Shown here piece after piece: positions 36,138 through 38,945 of a stretch of 38,945 nt of DNA (position 1 is the first letter of the stretch; every line of letters begins with the position of its first letter). This DNA is from Desulfobacterales bacterium (GTDB lineage: Bacteria > Desulfobacterota > Desulfobacteria > Desulfobacterales > UBA11574). The position numbers were made by a program, and so were the translations under genes. The stretch spans positions 1 through 38,945 of the forward strand of contig JAUVTO010000001.1 in assembly GCA_030601485.1 (NCBI GenBank). The letters run 5' to 3'. The notes beneath the pieces are model-generated. The model was not told the DNA's origin. It ran no database searches and saw only the letters and a program-made list of their open reading frames with translations.

Positions 36138-38624
36138 TTACCCGCATTTGGTAAAGCCGCAGAAATGGCACATCATACAGCCCTCTTCAAAGCTGACGGT
36201 ATTCCCGCATTCCGGGCAGATTTCTCCAAGGAGGCTGTTACCATATCCGTGCTTTTTATAAGATCCGTCTTTCAAGTATCTTTTCTCAAGGACCCTACCA
36301 ATCGCATCCGGTATTGACAAAACCAGGCCCCCTTCTTGAAAAACAGGATGCTCGCCGCCGATACCCTTTATTTGTTCTACAACTTTTTCTACGCGCACCC
36401 CGGATCTGAAGGCCAGCGAAACCAGCCTGCCTATGGCTTCGGTTTTTGCTGTGGTGGACCGCCCGGATTTGCCGATTGTGGCAAACACCTCAAAAGGATG
36501 TCCGTCCAATTCGGTTACAGTGACATAAAGTTGGCCATATCCTGTATTTATCTTGGAAGTGAACCCTTCAAGTGTTTCCGGACGTTCTTTGACTGTGGCA
36601 ATAGAAGTGTCAACAAGTTTGTCCTTTGCAGCAATCGAAAGCACCTGATTTTCCTTGCTCCCGTCCCTGTATATAGTAACTCCTTTGCAATCCAGCTCGG
36701 AAGCCAAATTATAGATCTTTAATACATCGTCCACTGTGGCATCACGGGGCAGGTTGACAGTTTTAGAAACCGCGTTGTCAGTGTGCTTCTGAAATGCGGC
36801 TTGCATACGGATGTGCCATTCGGGGGATATATCATGTGCCGTTACAAAGACTTTGCGAACATCCTCCGGAATTTCTTCTATATGCTGAATACCCCCTTCA
36901 AGGGCAATGGTATCCATCAACTCGGAACTATAGAAACCTCTCTCTTTAGCCACGTGTTCAAAGTATGGGTTTACCTCTAATAATTTGTCATTATCCATAA
37001 CGTTTCTAACAAAACTCAAGGCAAAAAGCGGTTCCACGCCGCTTGAGCAGTTCGCAATTATACTCAATGTGCCGGTCGGTGCAATGGTGGTCGTGGAGGC
37101 ATTTCGATAGGTACATCCTTTTTGGTTTTTAAAAATGCTCTTATCAAAATTTTCAAAAATCCCTCTTTTTTCAGCCAGACATTTTGAGGCTTCGTGGGAT
37201 TCTTTTTGAATGAAACCCATCACTTGTTCGGCTAATTCAAGGGCCCTTTCCGAGTTATAAGGAATTTTCAACTGATAAAGCAAATCTGCAAAACCCATGA
37301 CCCCTAAACCAATTTTACGATTACCTTTAACCATTTCGTCGATTTCAGCAAGGGGGTATTTGGACATATCAATAGTATTGTCCAAAAAGCGGACACTCCA
37401 AAATACGATATCTTTTAAGCCCTTGTAGTCGACGGCCGGTTCTCCGTCAGTATACGTAACAAACCTGGCCAGATTGATGGAGCCCAAATTGCATGCTTCC
37501 ATTGGAAGCAACGGTTGTTCTCCACAAGGATTGGTGCTCTCTATTTCTCCCAATGCAGGGGTCGGATTATCCTTGTTAAGTCTGTCTAAAAAAATGACGC
37601 CGGGATCTCCGTTTTTCCAGGCCTGTTCCACCAGAGCCTGGTAAACTTCTGCGGCATTCAGCTCTCCGACCTTTTTCTTTTCACGAGGGTCTATCAGGTC
37701 GTAGTTGTTTTGTTTTGCAACCGCTTTCATGAACACATCCGTGACACCGACCGAAATATTGAAGTTATTCAGTTCATTATTATTTTTCTTACTGTAAATA
37801 AAACCCATGACATCCGGGTGATCTACCCTTAAAATGGCCATGTTGGCCCCCCGGCGAGTTCCTCCCTGTTTGACCTGCTCTGTTGCCGTATTAAAGATTT
37901 TCATAAACGAAACCGGTCCGGAGGCAATTCCGCCGGTTGTTCCCACCCTGCTGTTTTTTGGTCGCAGACGTGAAAAGGAAAAACCGGTTCCGCCGCCCGA
38001 CTTATGGATCATAGCGGCATTTTTTAAAGAATCAAAAATCCCATCCATACTGTCCTCAATGGGAAGAACAAAGCAGGCTGCCAGTTGACCCAGTCTGCGT
38101 CCCGCATTCATCAGTGTCGGTGAATTTGGCAAAAATTTAAGCTCCGTCATCATATTGTAAAAAATGTTTTCCATTTTTTTCACATCGGTGTCGCTGCCAT
38201 AGTTTTTCTCAGCCTTTGCGATGTGCCGGGCAACCCTTTTGAACATTCTTTCCGAAGTCTCGGTTACCCTGCCCTTGTTGTCCTTTTTAAGATATCTTCT
38301 TTTCAATACATTTTTTGCATTTTCTGAAAGTTTCAGACCATTTTTTATAAACATGGACTTATCCAACCGAATCGGCGAGATATTTTTGAGTCCGTATTCC
38401 AGCAATTTGGTCTGAATAATTTTATCTATGACTGGCATGGTAATGGTATGATTTTTCATGCCGTCGATTTCTTCTCGCAGAAATCGGCTGATATCCATGG
38501 CCTGGTCGGCTTCAATGGGGTTTTCTTTTGTAAGGCTGTCTGAAAACAGATGATCATCCCACTTGTAGATCGTCAAATCGAAATTTCCCTGTTCCGTAAT
38601 TAATATTTTACCTTTTGAACCCAT
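36138..38624 (-). CDS. nrdJ: adenosylcobalamin-dependent (class II) ribonucleotide reductase
   Basis: 828 aa. Active-site block STNPCGEQPLLPMEACNLGSINL, TIAPTGTLS, and a C-terminal CPECG...CMMCHFCG zinc-ribbon tail as seen in monomeric-type NrdJ. SD AGGAGAAGG. Confidence 0.88.
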   Translation of the reverse strand: MGSKGKILITEQGNFDLTIYKWDDHLFSDSLTKENPIEADQAMDISRFLREEIDGMKNHTITMPVIDKIIQTKLLEYGLKNISPIRLDKSMFIKNGLKLSENAKNVLKRRYLKKDNKGRVTETSERMFKRVARHIAKAEKNYGSDTDVKKMENIFYNMMTELKFLPNSPTLMNAGRRLGQLAACFVLPIEDSMDGIFDSLKNAAMIHKSGGGTGFSFSRLRPKNSRVGTTGGIASGPVSFMKIFNTATEQVKQGGTRRGANMAILRVDHPDVMGFIYSKKNNNELNNFNISVGVTDVFMKAVAKQNNYDLIDPREKKKVGELNAAEVYQALVEQAWKNGDPGVIFLDRLNKDNPTPALGEIESTNPCGEQPLLPMEACNLGSINLARFVTYTDGEPAVDYKGLKDIVFWSVRFLDNTIDMSKYPLAEIDEMVKGNRKIGLGVMGFADLLYQLKIPYNSERALELAEQVMGFIQKESHEASKCLAEKRGIFENFDKSIFKNQKGCTYRNASTTTIAPTGTLSIIANCSSGVEPLFALSFVRNVMDNDKLLEVNPYFEHVAKERGFYSSELMDTIALEGGIQHIEEIPEDVRKVFVTAHDISPEWHIRMQAAFQKHTDNAVSKTVNLPRDATVDDVLKIYNLASELDCKGVTIYRDGSKENQVLSIAAKDKLVDTSIATVKERPETLEGFTSKINTGYGQLYVTVTELDGHPFEVFATIGKSGRSTTAKTEAIGRLVSLAFRSGVRVEKVVEQIKGIGGEHPVFQEGGLVLSIPDAIGRVLEKRYLKDGSYKKHGYGNSLLGEICPECGNTVSFEEGCMMCHFCGFTKCG

Positions 38625-38804
38625 CGCCCTTCTCCTGTATGGTTGTTATTAGAATCTTATGGAATTTATCTTGATCAATACCATTTGTATAAAAATATGG
38701 AAACAAATTGTTTTGCCGGAAGTAAAGAAGTTCGGCCCAGAGGATCCGCACTCAGTATCAAAAATAAAAACAAACCTACCAGAATGAACGACCTTCTGTA
38801 AGTA

Positions 38805-38945
38805 GTGCCTGAACGAAAACTGTCTTTTCCGCCAATATCTGCGTCAGACTCAAATTTTAATCCTCGAAATACTACCAGTATTACTGTGGTTAAAATTTTC
38901 GTCTTCCTTGATCTTAACGAAAAATCCTAGTTTTCGTTCGGGCAC
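38805..38945. repeat. 140-nt rod-like palindromic repeat, copy C (diverged; runs to the window end)
   Basis: The core GCGTCAGACTCAAATTTTAATCCTCGAAATAC...GTATTACTGTGGTTAAAATTTTCGTCTTCC is shared with copies A and B. The outer arms are replaced by GTGCCTGAACGAAAACT / AGTTTTCGTTCGGGCAC. Confidence 0.8.

Noticed and set aside
38681-38713. Possible NrdR boxes upstream of nrdJ (CCATTTGTATAAAAATATGG; AAACAAATTGTTT palindrome)
   Set aside because: The first is only 7 of 10 symmetric. The second is a short AT-rich palindrome that does not resemble the acaCwAtATaTwGtgt consensus, and there is no tandem pair at the expected spacing.
1-38945. Scan for defence islands, prophage, transposase/integrase, CRISPR arrays and toxin-antitoxin pairs
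   Set aside because: Every long ORF has a housekeeping-type motif assignment. There are no short spaced direct repeats and no recombinase-like ORFs. The only accessory-looking content is the non-coding repeat families.

Overview
This window reads as a core-chromosome segment of an AT-leaning, sulfate-reducer-type bacterium. That assignment rests on a bona fide DsrC with both C-terminal cysteines, an AhbA/B-type siroheme decarboxylase subunit, an AOR-family oxidoreductase and a class II NrdJ. It is most consistent with a Desulfobacterales-like Desulfobacterota, but this is inference from gene content only. I support about 38 protein genes, nearly all housekeeping: ddl, hpt, cbpA-like, mnmG, nadE, miaA, dsrC, grpE-dnaK, tilS-ftsH-folP, coaX, pilT/pilU, divIVA-yggT, proC and nrdJ. 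RNA and regulatory features are one tRNA(CAU), a long Bacillus-type SRP RNA, a cobalamin riboswitch with its terminator, and two other intrinsic terminators. At least three families of palindromic intergenic repeats are present. I found no transposase, integrase, CRISPR array, toxin-antitoxin pair or recognisable defence genes, so I cannot point to a clear multi-gene novel system. The items most worth a second look are listed below.
(1) A cobalamin riboswitch drives a monocistronic 86-aa ORF that I cannot recognise.
(2) A 140-nt rod-like palindromic repeat occurs in three copies with compensatory changes; one copy lies between a tRNA and any possible promoter.
(3) A pilT-pilU operon continues into a zinc-ribbon/degenerate-receiver protein and an MBL hydrolase.
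(4) A tightly packed proC-AOR-ThiS/MoaD-CcdA string.
(5) A repeat element supplies the last codons and the stop of miaA.
All functional calls come from motif recognition by eye; no searches were run.
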